From a virus (taxonomy: Duplodnaviria; Caudoviricetes): 64,000 bases of DNA. The notes under the pieces are model-generated. The model did not search any database. It was not told the origin of the DNA and worked only from the letters and a program-made list of their open reading frames with translations. Within the stretch, counting starts at the first letter, position 1. Each line of letters starts with the position of its first letter. The position numbers and the translations under genes are program-made. Shown here one piece after another: positions 54,206-64,000 of the stretch. The DNA lies in the IMG/VR virus record IMGVR_UViG_3300037067_007160, positions 66,356 through 130,355 of that record. One strand, 5' to 3'.

Positions 54206-54594
54206 AACTCAACTGTGTCTTCTCCTGGGACCTCTATCCATATGATGTTATGTTCTCAGTAGGACAGACATCTGAGGAAGTAATAAAGATACTAAGGAAG
54301 ATTACAAAGAAGATAACAGATGCTGATATACAGGAACTGAGAACTATCGATGACAAGGATGATAAGGAAGGAAAGACAATATTCCTATCTGGTGGCCAGA
54401 CTCTTATATGGCTTAGTGACTATAAGAATAAACCAGAGTATATGGGCCTACTTGCCCATGAGGTATTTCATGCTACCTTCTTTCTTATGAATCATGTTGG
54501 TATAAGACACGCTGATGAAAGCGAAGAGGCCTTTACCTATGCTGCACAGTGGCTTATGGTGCAACTTATGGATGCTCTAACTAGGAGAAAATAA
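54202..54594 (+). CDS. HExxH metalloprotease-like protein
   Basis: LAHEVFHA..EEAFTY. Confidence 0.65.
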   Translation: MKLNCVFSWDLYPYDVMFSVGQTSEEVIKILRKITKKITDADIQELRTIDDKDDKEGKTIFLSGGQTLIWLSDYKNKPEYMGLLAHEVFHATFFLMNHVGIRHADESEEAFTYAAQWLMVQLMDALTRRK

Positions 54595-55496
54595 TGAATC
54601 CAATGGTATCCTACTTCTTCCTCTACTGGAATCCATATGGGGACAAGAAGTTTATAGAACCAAGGTTTGTTCAAGCAGTAGAGTCTCTCTATAGAAACTG
54701 TGATCCAGCCATAAGCAAAGAAGTATTTGTCATCTGCCAAGGAAATCCTGAGTCGACACAGGAAACTGTCAGAGGACTTAGAAAGACTTATGGCTTTCAA
54801 CTGGTAGAACTTACTAAGAATATAGGACTATCTGCTGGTATCAATATGGGATTCAACCTAAGTAGGGGCAAGTATATGGCTATGTTCTCCCAAGACGTAA
54901 TGATGACTAAGGGATGTGATACAAATGTAATACGATATATGGAGACTGATCCTAACATAATGCATGTTGTTCCTGTGTCTGATAAGAGCGACTACCCTCA
55001 CCAGCAGTGTCCTGTTAGGGAGCCATTTGGTTCAGATGTTGTTGATATTGGTAGGGTCCAGGCTATTAAAGGAAGGCCAAGAATGGGAGCTGTATGTGTT
55101 GAGATAAGCCTTAACTACTTCTCTCGTGAGATACTTAATACTGTGGGATACTTTGATGAGAGGTGGAAGGGTTGCTACGAGTGTGCAGACTATGGAGTTC
55201 GTACGGCAATGGCTGGGAAAGCAGTTATTGTCTCCTATGAATCCTTTATATGGCATCATCTACATACATGTAGTGACTACATAGGAAAGTTGGAGATCTA
55301 TGCTGACTACCTACAAGGTGATCCATTTGCAGATGATAGAGTAGGAAAACTAATGTGGGACAAATGGTCACCAACGATACGGGATGAGTCTCGATGGTAT
55401 TCACCTGGTTCCATGGATGAAGGTAGGAGACAGGGTCTATTATCAAAGTATAAGCAACATATCTACCTTCCTTTTAATCAGGATAGGAAGTACTAG
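54594..55496 (+). CDS. GT2 glycosyltransferase
   Basis: NIGLSAGIN, GYFDERW..ECADY, IWHH. Confidence 0.78.
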   Translation: MNPMVSYFFLYWNPYGDKKFIEPRFVQAVESLYRNCDPAISKEVFVICQGNPESTQETVRGLRKTYGFQLVELTKNIGLSAGINMGFNLSRGKYMAMFSQDVMMTKGCDTNVIRYMETDPNIMHVVPVSDKSDYPHQQCPVREPFGSDVVDIGRVQAIKGRPRMGAVCVEISLNYFSREILNTVGYFDERWKGCYECADYGVRTAMAGKAVIVSYESFIWHHLHTCSDYIGKLEIYADYLQGDPFADDRVGKLMWDKWSPTIRDESRWYSPGSMDEGRRQGLLSKYKQHIYLPFNQDRKY

Positions 55497-55504
55497 GAGG
55501 AAGT

Positions 55505-56191
55505 ATGCCAGATTTCTATAGTCAACAAGGAGAGGATGGAGTTGTTTCCTCACTGTTTCAAGGAGTTAATAATGGAACATATATTGATGTTGGTGCACAT
55601 GATGGAATTAGGTTTAGCAATACCTATCACTTTGATCTTCGTGGCTGGAGGGGCCTATGTTGTGAGCCACATCCAGGTTTCTTTAAGCTTCTAAAGGATA
55701 ATAGACCAAATGCCACATGCATTGATAAGGCTATATCCGACTATAAAGGAAAGGCATCATTCTACGCTAATAGCAGAGGCGCTCTATCAACTCTCGACAA
55801 GTCCTTTGAGAAGAGTTTTAGTGGATATGGCCAGTGGTTTACAGGCTTTGAGGAGGTTGAAGTAGATGTAGATACACTAGATAATACACTAGAGGAGATG
55901 TTCCCATATCAAATTGATATAGCATCAATAGATGTGGAAGGAACTGAGATAGCTGTCCTTCGTGGATTTAATCTTGAGAAGTGGAAGCCAAAGGTTCTAA
56001 TCATAGAAACTAATGAACAGGATAAGATAGATAAACATATGGCAGATCATGGATATACAATGGTACGAAGGATAATACCAAATACGATCTATATAGCACC
56101 AGACTTATTACCAAAGCTGAGCATTATACAATTGGCTAAGGGACCTGGAAAGCTTGTTCACACCGATGGAAGGAACATCTATCTCAAATGA
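55505..56191 (+). CDS. FkbM-family methyltransferase
   Basis: YSQQGED, IDVGAHDG..SNT, SIDVEG.E. Confidence 0.9.
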   Translation: MPDFYSQQGEDGVVSSLFQGVNNGTYIDVGAHDGIRFSNTYHFDLRGWRGLCCEPHPGFFKLLKDNRPNATCIDKAISDYKGKASFYANSRGALSTLDKSFEKSFSGYGQWFTGFEEVEVDVDTLDNTLEEMFPYQIDIASIDVEGTEIAVLRGFNLEKWKPKVLIIETNEQDKIDKHMADHGYTMVRRIIPNTIYIAPDLLPKLSIIQLAKGPGKLVHTDGRNIYLK

Positions 56192-57156
56192 TAAAGATAC
56201 AAGAAGATAACTTACCATGGACTGCGGAAGAGAAGCTCTATATGCCAGATGCTTCTGGCACACGTGGTATAGATGTCATATCAGAAAAGATTATGTTTGT
56301 TCGTATGGGTGGTGATATAGGACTATCTAAGGAAGGGGAAACTGTCTCGGGGATACCAAGAAATAAAACTATCCTCCTACTGTTTGAAAATCCATGTAGA
56401 AATCCATCATGCTATGCTAAAATCTTCCAGAAGGACTACATGAATACAATGTCAACTGTAGACTCTAATGGAACAGTGCATTATATTATACCAAGATCAT
56501 TCAATACTATAGGAGAATTCTTTGATCGTCCAAGGACACAACATATGTGCTTCATTGGAAATCCAAAGGATGTTCTTAAATCAATAGTAGGTACTGAGTT
56601 AATGGCGTATGATAGATCAGGGTTTAGATCCGAACTTGTTATCAAACTATCATCTATGAACTATCCAGGTGGTTACCTTCATGTCTATGGAGACTGGAAT
56701 GATCCAGCTATAAACTCTAAGTATAGATATGGAATTGTTGGTCCAAGGAAGAATGGACTATCTGGCTACTGCCTTAGTTGTCCAAGAACGGCTGGAGAGA
56801 CTCTTGCTTGGGATGGTAAATTTGCTGTTCTTTCTAAGCATAGGTTTGCCCTCTGTATAGAGAATGCGCAGTTTCCTGGGCATATAACCGAGAAGATATT
56901 TCAGGCACTAAGTTGTGGATGTATACCAGTCTACATAGGAGCTCCAAATATTGAGAAGTATGTAGATCCTTCTATATTCATTGATGGTAGAGGAATGAGC
57001 CCGACTGATATATATAATAGAACAACGAGAATGACAGATGCTGAAGCTACATCAATGAGAGTGAAGATACGATCTTGGCTCGCGGATAATGCCAATAGTT
57101 TTTCGTCTGTATCTTTCGCGAAGAAGCTTATAGAGGCATGTGGACAATGGATATAA
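56188..57156 (+). CDS. GT10 (fucosyltransferase-like) glycosyltransferase
   Basis: FALCIEN..GHITEKI..GCIPVYIG. Confidence 0.82.
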   Translation: MIKIQEDNLPWTAEEKLYMPDASGTRGIDVISEKIMFVRMGGDIGLSKEGETVSGIPRNKTILLLFENPCRNPSCYAKIFQKDYMNTMSTVDSNGTVHYIIPRSFNTIGEFFDRPRTQHMCFIGNPKDVLKSIVGTELMAYDRSGFRSELVIKLSSMNYPGGYLHVYGDWNDPAINSKYRYGIVGPRKNGLSGYCLSCPRTAGETLAWDGKFAVLSKHRFALCIENAQFPGHITEKIFQALSCGCIPVYIGAPNIEKYVDPSIFIDGRGMSPTDIYNRTTRMTDAEATSMRVKIRSWLADNANSFSSVSFAKKLIEACGQWI

Positions 57157-58016
57157 CAATAGTAACACCGACAAAGTTACAATCTAGTGAGGATTTTGAT
57201 ATTGTTGATAGAGCAATAAGGACACTCTATAAGTCACTTGGATCCAATAGGCCGTTGCATTACTTCTCCACTCTAGATACTCCACCACTCCATGTAAAAC
57301 TTCTGAAACTTCTTAATCATCTTGCAATAAATTATAAGGAAGTATCTAAAGATCTTAACTATCTAGAGTCTTTCCTATCACTAACAGATAGCGTTACGAC
57401 AAAGTACTACTACTTTCAATCATCAGATGTAACAACACTGACACAGAAGAATATCCTTGAAACATGTATAGAGGCAATGGACAAGGACCCTCTCCTATGT
57501 CATGTTAGAATTGGTGGATATCCACTAGCTTCAGGACCAAATAACTATACCAGCTTTACCGTAAAAGATGGTATTATAGTAATGAATGATACGACAAGGG
57601 AACCAATGGATCCAATCTATACTTCTACAGGCGATGTAGTATGGACTATTCCAATGGAAGCTAGATGCCAAGAGTCAGTATATGCCTGGCCGGTATGGTG
57701 CTCTGTTGTTAGAACCGATATCTTAAAGAGGACTATATCAAGTGTTAAAGGGCTACTAAAACCCACAGAGAAGTCTATGAGTGATATTTTGGGAAAGATG
57801 TGTGGCGCCAGAGACCTCATTGGTTATACACTCCCAAAGATTGGATGGCCAGAACCAATGAGATGGATATCAGAGTATAGACAGGGCTTTCTAAATCTCG
57901 CAAACTATACCTGTCCACTTGGTAGGGTAGCATCTGAGTTGGATATGTTAGATAATCACATGCATGAGATTAGGAGTGTTGGTGATCTTGAAGCTCTAAG
58001 GGGCAAACCTAAATGA
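57147..58016 (+). CDS. GT-A-like protein, paralog of 58948 ORF
   Basis: ITIVTP, LCHVRIGGYPL. Confidence 0.6.
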   Translation: MDITIVTPTKLQSSEDFDIVDRAIRTLYKSLGSNRPLHYFSTLDTPPLHVKLLKLLNHLAINYKEVSKDLNYLESFLSLTDSVTTKYYYFQSSDVTTLTQKNILETCIEAMDKDPLLCHVRIGGYPLASGPNNYTSFTVKDGIIVMNDTTREPMDPIYTSTGDVVWTIPMEARCQESVYAWPVWCSVVRTDILKRTISSVKGLLKPTEKSMSDILGKMCGARDLIGYTLPKIGWPEPMRWISEYRQGFLNLANYTCPLGRVASELDMLDNHMHEIRSVGDLEALRGKPK

Positions 58017-58957
58017 GAGTAAGAGAGTATCAGGACTGGACGATAGAAGAGAAGATGTATATGCCAGATATGAATGGAAGGACTGGCATTGACCTCTTTA
58101 GGAATGCTGGATATGAGTGGGTAAAGTGGACAGATGATACAGATCTTGCAGTCTCTAAGAATGGTGTATCATGTGGAAAGATAACAAATGATAAAGCTCT
58201 TCTAATGATATTTGAGCCACCCAACCAACTTCCTTATATCTATAATACTCATTACTTTAAGAGGTTTAGACAAGTAATGAGTACTGTAAAGATGGAGGGC
58301 ATTCCACACTTCTATATACCAAGAGCTTTTAATAATGTAGATGTCTTCTTTAATCGACCAAAGACAGATCTCCTCTGTATGGTTGGAAGGAATATGGATG
58401 TAAATGGACTTCCAAAGACGGATCTGACGAGGATGCGATTACAGCTTATAGACTACTTTACCGAGAAACTTGGTCCAAAGGAATTTCATCTATATGGTAG
58501 GTGGCCCGCTGGTCCATGTTATAAAGGTGAGATATCTCCTATTGCACATGGGCTAGCTGGCTATAACCTAAATTGTCCAGTCACAAAGGCTCAGAAACCA
58601 TGCTGGGATGCAAAGTGGTCCGTCTTCTCAAGTCACAAATTTGCTCTAGCTCTTGAGAACTCCATCTGGCCAGGCTACTATGGATGCAAGATGATAGAGG
58701 CGATGCAGTGTGGATGCATTCCATTATATGTAGGTGATCCTGATATAGATAGTCATACACCAAAGGATGTCTATATTGATATGAGAGGACGAAGCATGGA
58801 TGAGCTTCTAGAGATTATTACATCCATGAGTGAGGAAACAAGACTTGGGTATCAAGAACGTATTATGAATTACCTAAAGACAAAGGGTAATGATCTCTTC
58901 TCATCAGTCACATTTGCTAAGAAGGTTGTGGCTGGACTGGATGCCCTATGCAAGTAG
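58013..58957 (+). CDS. GT10 glycosyltransferase, paralog of 56188 ORF
   Basis: WTxEEKxYMPD, FALALENS..GCIPLYVG. Confidence 0.82.
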   Translation: MRVREYQDWTIEEKMYMPDMNGRTGIDLFRNAGYEWVKWTDDTDLAVSKNGVSCGKITNDKALLMIFEPPNQLPYIYNTHYFKRFRQVMSTVKMEGIPHFYIPRAFNNVDVFFNRPKTDLLCMVGRNMDVNGLPKTDLTRMRLQLIDYFTEKLGPKEFHLYGRWPAGPCYKGEISPIAHGLAGYNLNCPVTKAQKPCWDAKWSVFSSHKFALALENSIWPGYYGCKMIEAMQCGCIPLYVGDPDIDSHTPKDVYIDMRGRSMDELLEIITSMSEETRLGYQERIMNYLKTKGNDLFSSVTFAKKVVAGLDALCK

Positions 58958-59865
58958 ATGATAAGCTAACGATCATAACACCAGTTCGCCTTGGAACAAC
59001 AACAGATACTATTAACTTCATCATGTCGATGACATCTCTATATGTTGTTATGTCACAGAGCAGACCAAAACATCTTATCTCACCATGTGACTATCGTGGT
59101 CTTCAGGTTGGTCGTGTGAGTGGTGCATATAAGTCTGCCCTAGTTAACAACTACAAGAGCGAGTATATGAAGGCAAAGCAGTGTCTAACACACTACGGTG
59201 CTAACTGGACTGAGATAGCACCAATGTCTACCCCAGTCCAGGCCCTAGTAGCATGCCTAAGAGAGACAAATACAGAGTATACATATATTCATCTTGCTGA
59301 TGTTGGTTTCATAAATGGTAAGGATGTATTCTCACTATGCATAAAAGCTATGCATGGAAACCCAAAACTCTGTCAGGTTAGAATTGGTGGGTATCCCCTT
59401 AGTAACCCAAAGAAGAATACAGATGTCATAGGAAGAGATGGCTTTAATGTGTATTTCACGAATGATAGGCAGCATCCACTTGAGGAATATCCAGTGGATA
59501 ATCATGATCCAGCTGAAGATGTAGTATGGTCTATTTCCATGAAGGCTGAATGTCAAAAGAACTTCTTTCCTGTTCCTCTATGGAATTGTGTAATGAGGAC
59601 ATCATTCCTTAAGAAGGTAGTAGAACAGGCTCTCCTGCTAACAAAGGTTGAGCCTAAGACGTTGACTAATCTTGTTACAATAATTAATGGAGCTGCTGAC
59701 TTGGTTGAGTATGCGATACCTCGAACTGGATGGAGAGAAGAGTTTAAGTGGATAGAAGAACTGGATCATGGGATCCTAAACATGGCCTGCTACCAGTATG
59801 CTTGGGGCAGAGAAGAGAACTCTCCAGATTGGTTTGCGAAGAATAATACTATCGAAGTGATATAA
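58948..59865 (+). CDS. GT-A-like protein, paralog of 57147 ORF
   Basis: LTIITP, LCQVRIGGYPL. Confidence 0.6.
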   Translation: MQVDDKLTIITPVRLGTTTDTINFIMSMTSLYVVMSQSRPKHLISPCDYRGLQVGRVSGAYKSALVNNYKSEYMKAKQCLTHYGANWTEIAPMSTPVQALVACLRETNTEYTYIHLADVGFINGKDVFSLCIKAMHGNPKLCQVRIGGYPLSNPKKNTDVIGRDGFNVYFTNDRQHPLEEYPVDNHDPAEDVVWSISMKAECQKNFFPVPLWNCVMRTSFLKKVVEQALLLTKVEPKTLTNLVTIINGAADLVEYAIPRTGWREEFKWIEELDHGILNMACYQYAWGREENSPDWFAKNNTIEVI

Positions 59866-60011
59866 TAGCTGTGGGAGGATTCAATGAACAACCTACCTAA
59901 TGGAATGGAAATCTATATATGGATATGATACCTGGAATCCTGGAGCTTCTAGCCTGGTGGATGATTATCTATTTCATCTATAAATTTGTTCGTACACCAA
60001 GGGAGAAATAA

Positions 60012-61154
60012 ATGAAGGTCCCACAGTTTCAACCATGGATTGGAGAAGATGAATACAAGGCCATTAAGTCTTGTTTTGACTCAAACTGGATAACAGAGGG
60101 GCCTAAGACTAAAGAATTTGTAAAGAGAATGCTTCTTCTTACTGGGGCCGAATATGGTGTAATGGCGCCAACAGGAACTCTTGGCCTATATCTAGCCCTT
60201 AAAGGGGCTGGCATAGGTCCTGGAGATGAAGTTATAGTTCCAGACTTTACCTTTCTTGCCAGTGCATCTGCTGTTGAGATGACTGGAGCCGTTCCAGTCT
60301 TCTGTGACGTTACTCCCTACAACTTCCAAATAGATGTCTCATCCGCTCAGGAGAAGATTACACAGAAGACCAAAGCTATTATGCCAGTCCATATATATGG
60401 AATGTCAGCTAATATGGAACGTGTTATGGAGTTAGCAGATAGAACTGGCCTTCTTGTAGTTGAGGATGCTGCTCAAGCCGTTGGTGTAAAGTATAAGTCC
60501 AGCAGAACTGGATGGTTATCGAAACATTGTGGAACATTTGGAGCAACATCCATGTTCTCATTCTTTGCTGACAAGACTGTCACTATGGGCGAGGGCGCCT
60601 TTGTTGCCACTAATGATGCCGGCATCTATGATAAGCTGCTCTATATGCGTAATCAAGGCAGGAAGAATAGAGGATCGTTTATTCATCCTGAGATTGGCTA
60701 CAACTTTAGAACGACTGATATTCTTACATCAGTTGGTCTTGTTCAACTTGAGAAGATGGATCGTATTGTGAACATAAAGAATATTATCCTAAGTAAGTAT
60801 CATGAGTTCTTAAGTGGTATTGAGGAGATTCGTTTTATCAAAGTTGAACCCGGTACAGATCCTTACATACCATTTAGGATAGCTATCATTGCCTCAGATG
60901 CCCAGAAACTAATGGCCTATATGGCCTCTAAAGAGATTGAGCCTAGATCTTTCTTCTACCCAATGCATAGGCAACCATGTTTTCAGAAGTATGCTAAAGC
61001 TACGGACTATAGGCATGATATGGATGATAGATACTTTCCTAATGCTATCTATGGATATGAGAATGGTGTCTGTCTACCATCCTTTGTTGCACTCAAGGAA
61101 GAGGAAATAGAATATGTCTGCAATACCATAAAGGAGTTTTATCATGGAAAGTAA
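60012..61154 (+). CDS. DegT/DnrJ/EryC1/StrS sugar aminotransferase
   Basis: GPGDEVIVP, MPVHIYG, EDAAQ, FSFFADKTVTMGEG, GYNFR. Confidence 0.92.
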   Translation: MKVPQFQPWIGEDEYKAIKSCFDSNWITEGPKTKEFVKRMLLLTGAEYGVMAPTGTLGLYLALKGAGIGPGDEVIVPDFTFLASASAVEMTGAVPVFCDVTPYNFQIDVSSAQEKITQKTKAIMPVHIYGMSANMERVMELADRTGLLVVEDAAQAVGVKYKSSRTGWLSKHCGTFGATSMFSFFADKTVTMGEGAFVATNDAGIYDKLLYMRNQGRKNRGSFIHPEIGYNFRTTDILTSVGLVQLEKMDRIVNIKNIILSKYHEFLSGIEEIRFIKVEPGTDPYIPFRIAIIASDAQKLMAYMASKEIEPRSFFYPMHRQPCFQKYAKATDYRHDMDDRYFPNAIYGYENGVCLPSFVALKEEEIEYVCNTIKEFYHGK

Positions 61155-61965
61155 AGAAATATACTCACCACAGTTTTCAGAGTACTATGACATGCTATAT
61201 GGAGAGAAAGGATATGTACTTGAGTGCAATCATCTTGAGAATATATTTAATCGCTTCGGAAAGGTAACATCTATTCTTGATCTAGGTTGTGGAACTGGAA
61301 CACATGCTATCGAGTTAGGATCCCGTGGATATAAGGTCCTTGGTATAGATCTATCTCAAAACCTAATAAATATAGCTAACTCAAAGAAGAAGCCAGAAGA
61401 TCAGAATGTAACGTTCGAAGTTGGTGACGCTAGATCTATTCACTCAGCCCAGGTGTACTCTGCCGTAATAGCTATGTTTGGCATAGCAAGCTATCAGCTT
61501 ACTAGGGATGATATTATTAGAATGTTTAAGTCAGCTAATAGGAATCTGGCCGCTGGAGGCTTATTTATATTTGACTTCTGGAACCATAATGCTGTTGTCC
61601 AAGCTACGCGACCAAATGGTACCATGAAAGAAATCAAGATCTCTAAAGATGAGAAACACGGGATGAGAACAATCTATAAGTATACAGAGGTCATACCTGA
61701 TGGACAGGAGTCAAATTTAGCAACATACTCCGCTACTATTATCATCCTAGAGAGTGGTAAAGAGGCAGTTATTATAAAGGACAAGCATAGACAACGTTTC
61801 TTCTCAGTTAATGAGATAAAGGAAATACTTCAGGATGCCGGATTCTCTATGGTAGGTGTTGATGGTGGTAACCTAGGGACCACCCATATCCAATCAGAGG
61901 GAGTCAACCGTCTTCACTGGAACATATCAGTTATTGCTAGAAAGGAGATGGATCGTGGATGGTAA
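61144..61965 (+). CDS. SAM-dependent methyltransferase (amino-sugar N-methyltransferase-like)
   Basis: YYD..Y..K.Y..E, LDLGCGTG, GGLFIFD. Confidence 0.85.
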   Translation: MESKEIYSPQFSEYYDMLYGEKGYVLECNHLENIFNRFGKVTSILDLGCGTGTHAIELGSRGYKVLGIDLSQNLINIANSKKKPEDQNVTFEVGDARSIHSAQVYSAVIAMFGIASYQLTRDDIIRMFKSANRNLAAGGLFIFDFWNHNAVVQATRPNGTMKEIKISKDEKHGMRTIYKYTEVIPDGQESNLATYSATIIILESGKEAVIIKDKHRQRFFSVNEIKEILQDAGFSMVGVDGGNLGTTHIQSEGVNRLHWNISVIARKEMDRGW

Positions 61966-62569
61966 ACTTCTCCATCTAGGATGTGGTAATAAGCATCTCC
62001 CTGGCTTTATTAATATTGATATACAGAAGTTGCCAGAGGTAGATCTTGTTGCCGATATCACCGACTTATCATTTATTCCAGCCGAGTCTGTTGATCTTAT
62101 CTATGCATGCCATGTCTTGGAACATATAGATAAGAAGCAGACTGTAACTGTTCTAAAGAATTGGTATAGAGTGCTTTCTTATGGTGGAACTCTTAGGGTG
62201 GCTGTTCCTGATTTTGCTGCAATAACAAAGTGGTATAGAGAAACGGGTGATATAGATTCATTAGTTGGCCTTACAATAGGTGGAAATAAGAATGACTACG
62301 ATAATCACAAGGCACTATTTGATCTAAAGAAGCTGGAGGATGTAATGGAAGAAGCCGGTTTTTCTTACATTAGAAAATACGACTGGAGAAATACCATTCA
62401 TAAGGACCACGATGACTTTAGCCAGGCCTACCTACCTCATATGCAGAAGACTGGTATGTTAATGTCACTTAATGTTGAGGCTATTAAGGCACATAGAAAG
62501 GGTGGCATAGGCGCCAAGCTTGTTCATGATAACCCTATTCTAGTTGGGCAAAGGAAGGAAAATATATGA
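61955..62569 (+). CDS. SAM-dependent methyltransferase
   Basis: LHLGCG, HVLEH, GGTLRVAVPD. Confidence 0.85.
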   Translation: MDGKLLHLGCGNKHLPGFINIDIQKLPEVDLVADITDLSFIPAESVDLIYACHVLEHIDKKQTVTVLKNWYRVLSYGGTLRVAVPDFAAITKWYRETGDIDSLVGLTIGGNKNDYDNHKALFDLKKLEDVMEEAGFSYIRKYDWRNTIHKDHDDFSQAYLPHMQKTGMLMSLNVEAIKAHRKGGIGAKLVHDNPILVGQRKENI

Positions 62570-62988
62570 TAGTCACAGACGCTGCTGGTAATGATATAGC
62601 ACTTGTAGTGACACAACAGTGCACTCTAGAGAATAAGCTGTCATTCTTCTCTAGAGAGAAGGATCCTCTGCAGGTTGGAAGATGGTGTAAATATCCAAAG
62701 GGAAAGGATATAAAGACACATAGGCATAACTCAGAATCTGAACGTGTTGTAAAGGGTTTTAATGAGCTCTTCTACGTTGAGAGTGGTAAAGTTATCATAT
62801 ATCTATATGATGCAAAGGACAAACCAGTCGAGAAAGTCTACCTTGGACCTGGCGATCTCCTTGTGCAGTTATCAGGTGGTCATGGATTTGATGTCCTTGA
62901 GGATGGCACAACAGTCTTAGAGGTAAAGAATGGTCCCTATAGCGACAAGGCCACAGATAAGACCATTATAGATGTCTCCAAGTGGTAA
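62566..62988 (+). CDS. Cupin-fold protein (WbuC-like)
   Basis: HRH..E..GGHGF..EVKNGPY. Confidence 0.72.
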   Translation: MIVTDAAGNDIALVVTQQCTLENKLSFFSREKDPLQVGRWCKYPKGKDIKTHRHNSESERVVKGFNELFYVESGKVIIYLYDAKDKPVEKVYLGPGDLLVQLSGGHGFDVLEDGTTVLEVKNGPYSDKATDKTIIDVSKW

Positions 62989-63012
62989 TGAGATATAATG
63001 ATGGGGGGAGGA

Positions 63013-63954
63013 ATGATGAACCTACTTATTAGCCAGAACACAGTAAAACATACAGGATATGACGTCCATATCAATGCTGGTATGGTACGGTATAATACCG
63101 CCTGGTATACACAGGAAGAACTAGTTGAAAAGCTAGCCAAGACAAATCGCCCAAGATTTGTTGATGTTCACTCCGACCGTAAGAAAGCCAAAGTAGCCAA
63201 GCATGACTATAAGACCCTTCTCCAGTATCTTGGAAGCATAGGTGTTGAATGGGTTGCTATATCTAAGGTAGAGAATATAGATACCATAAGAGAAGCTAGA
63301 GAATGTGTTGCTAACCCTAAGACTAGGATTTGTGCAAAGGTTGAGTCTATTGCCGGCTATAACATTCTGAATGGTATTATGGCTACAGCTGATGGTGTCA
63401 TGGTGGACTCTGAGGATCTGGCTACTGAGGTAGGATGGGAAAAATCCATTGAGCTCTCTGAAGAGATGTATAAGAGAATGATGGGTCGTCGCTATCCCTA
63501 CTTTAGGCTCAAGGGAGTAATATTCGAGTATGACAATGTCAAGACGGACAAAGTTGTCTACACATATGGTGTATTTGATATGCTTCATCCTGGACATGTT
63601 ACCCTTCTTGAGAAGGCTAAGGCCGCTGGAACTAGGTTGATCGTTGGTGTAGTAAAGGATGATGCTGTTAGGGAAAAGAAGGGAAAGGATAGGCCTATTC
63701 AACCATTCGCTGTAAGAGCTGAGATGCTTTCAAAGCTAAAGTGTGTTGATGAAGTCTGGGAACAAGATACGTTCGATCCTGTACCAAACATGGTACAACT
63801 AGATCCTGATATTCTTGTAAAAGGAAACGATTGGAGTTATCCTGCTGGAGATGAGTGGATAAAGGATAATGGTAAGATACTCATTAGACCCGAATATACG
63901 GTAGGCTACTCAACAACTGAAATGATTAAGAAGATAAGGGAGGAAGTGCAATGA
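63013..63954 (+). CDS. Truncated pyruvate-kinase-like barrel fused to cytidylyltransferase-family (RfaE domain II-like) domain
   Basis: ICAKVES..DGVMV..DL; YGVFDMLHPGH, KG..RPI, LVKGNDW, STT. Confidence 0.78.
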   Translation: MMNLLISQNTVKHTGYDVHINAGMVRYNTAWYTQEELVEKLAKTNRPRFVDVHSDRKKAKVAKHDYKTLLQYLGSIGVEWVAISKVENIDTIREARECVANPKTRICAKVESIAGYNILNGIMATADGVMVDSEDLATEVGWEKSIELSEEMYKRMMGRRYPYFRLKGVIFEYDNVKTDKVVYTYGVFDMLHPGHVTLLEKAKAAGTRLIVGVVKDDAVREKKGKDRPIQPFAVRAEMLSKLKCVDEVWEQDTFDPVPNMVQLDPDILVKGNDWSYPAGDEWIKDNGKILIRPEYTVGYSTTEMIKKIREEVQ

Positions 63955-64000
63955 AAGTTTTGATAACTGGCGTTACGGATTTTGATAGAATATGGAAAAA
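63951..64000 (+). CDS. 3'-partial ORF (MKVLITG...)
   Basis: ATGA overlap; runs off the window. Confidence 0.5.
   Translation, partial: MKVLITGVTDFDRIWK

Noticed and set aside
1-64000. Stop-codon recoding, suggested by the theta-type ribozyme
   Set aside because: Long ORFs are intact in code 11, all three stops end genes at sensible places, and no CTA/TCA/TTA suppressor tRNA was found

Overview
AT-rich, densely coding, almost entirely + strand segment of a large (jumbo-type) tailed phage genome read in the standard bacterial code. Order: virion/baseplate and tail-fibre genes (1-12.4 kb); lysis-like genes, Hsp20 and class II ribonucleotide reductase (12.4-16.1 kb); an RNA-gene island (17.3-30.2 kb) holding a tmRNA, about 36 tRNA genes covering all 20 amino acids, a GGQ release-factor-like gene and many small endonuclease genes; a second tail-fibre module (30.8-36.2 kb); primase-helicase, RuvC, tubulin/FtsZ-like and cold-shock genes (36.8-43.2 kb); and a glycosylation/methylation cluster of more than 20 kb, including an intein-containing glycosyltransferase, running off the right end. 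The most striking signal is a family of [promoter + homing-type endonuclease + tRNA] cassettes inserted inside resident tRNA genes. They leave the resident halves as remnants and, at least for Ile-GAT and Glu-TTC, supply a divergent replacement tRNA with the same anticodon whose 5' end contains the endonuclease stop codon. A related insertion at 17.3-18.0 kb joins a 67-nt anticodon-less Ala-type tRNA mimic, a minimal HDV-like (theta-type) ribozyme placed to cut right after the discriminator base, and an HNH gene. All RNA folds and protein family calls were made by eye and need computational confirmation.
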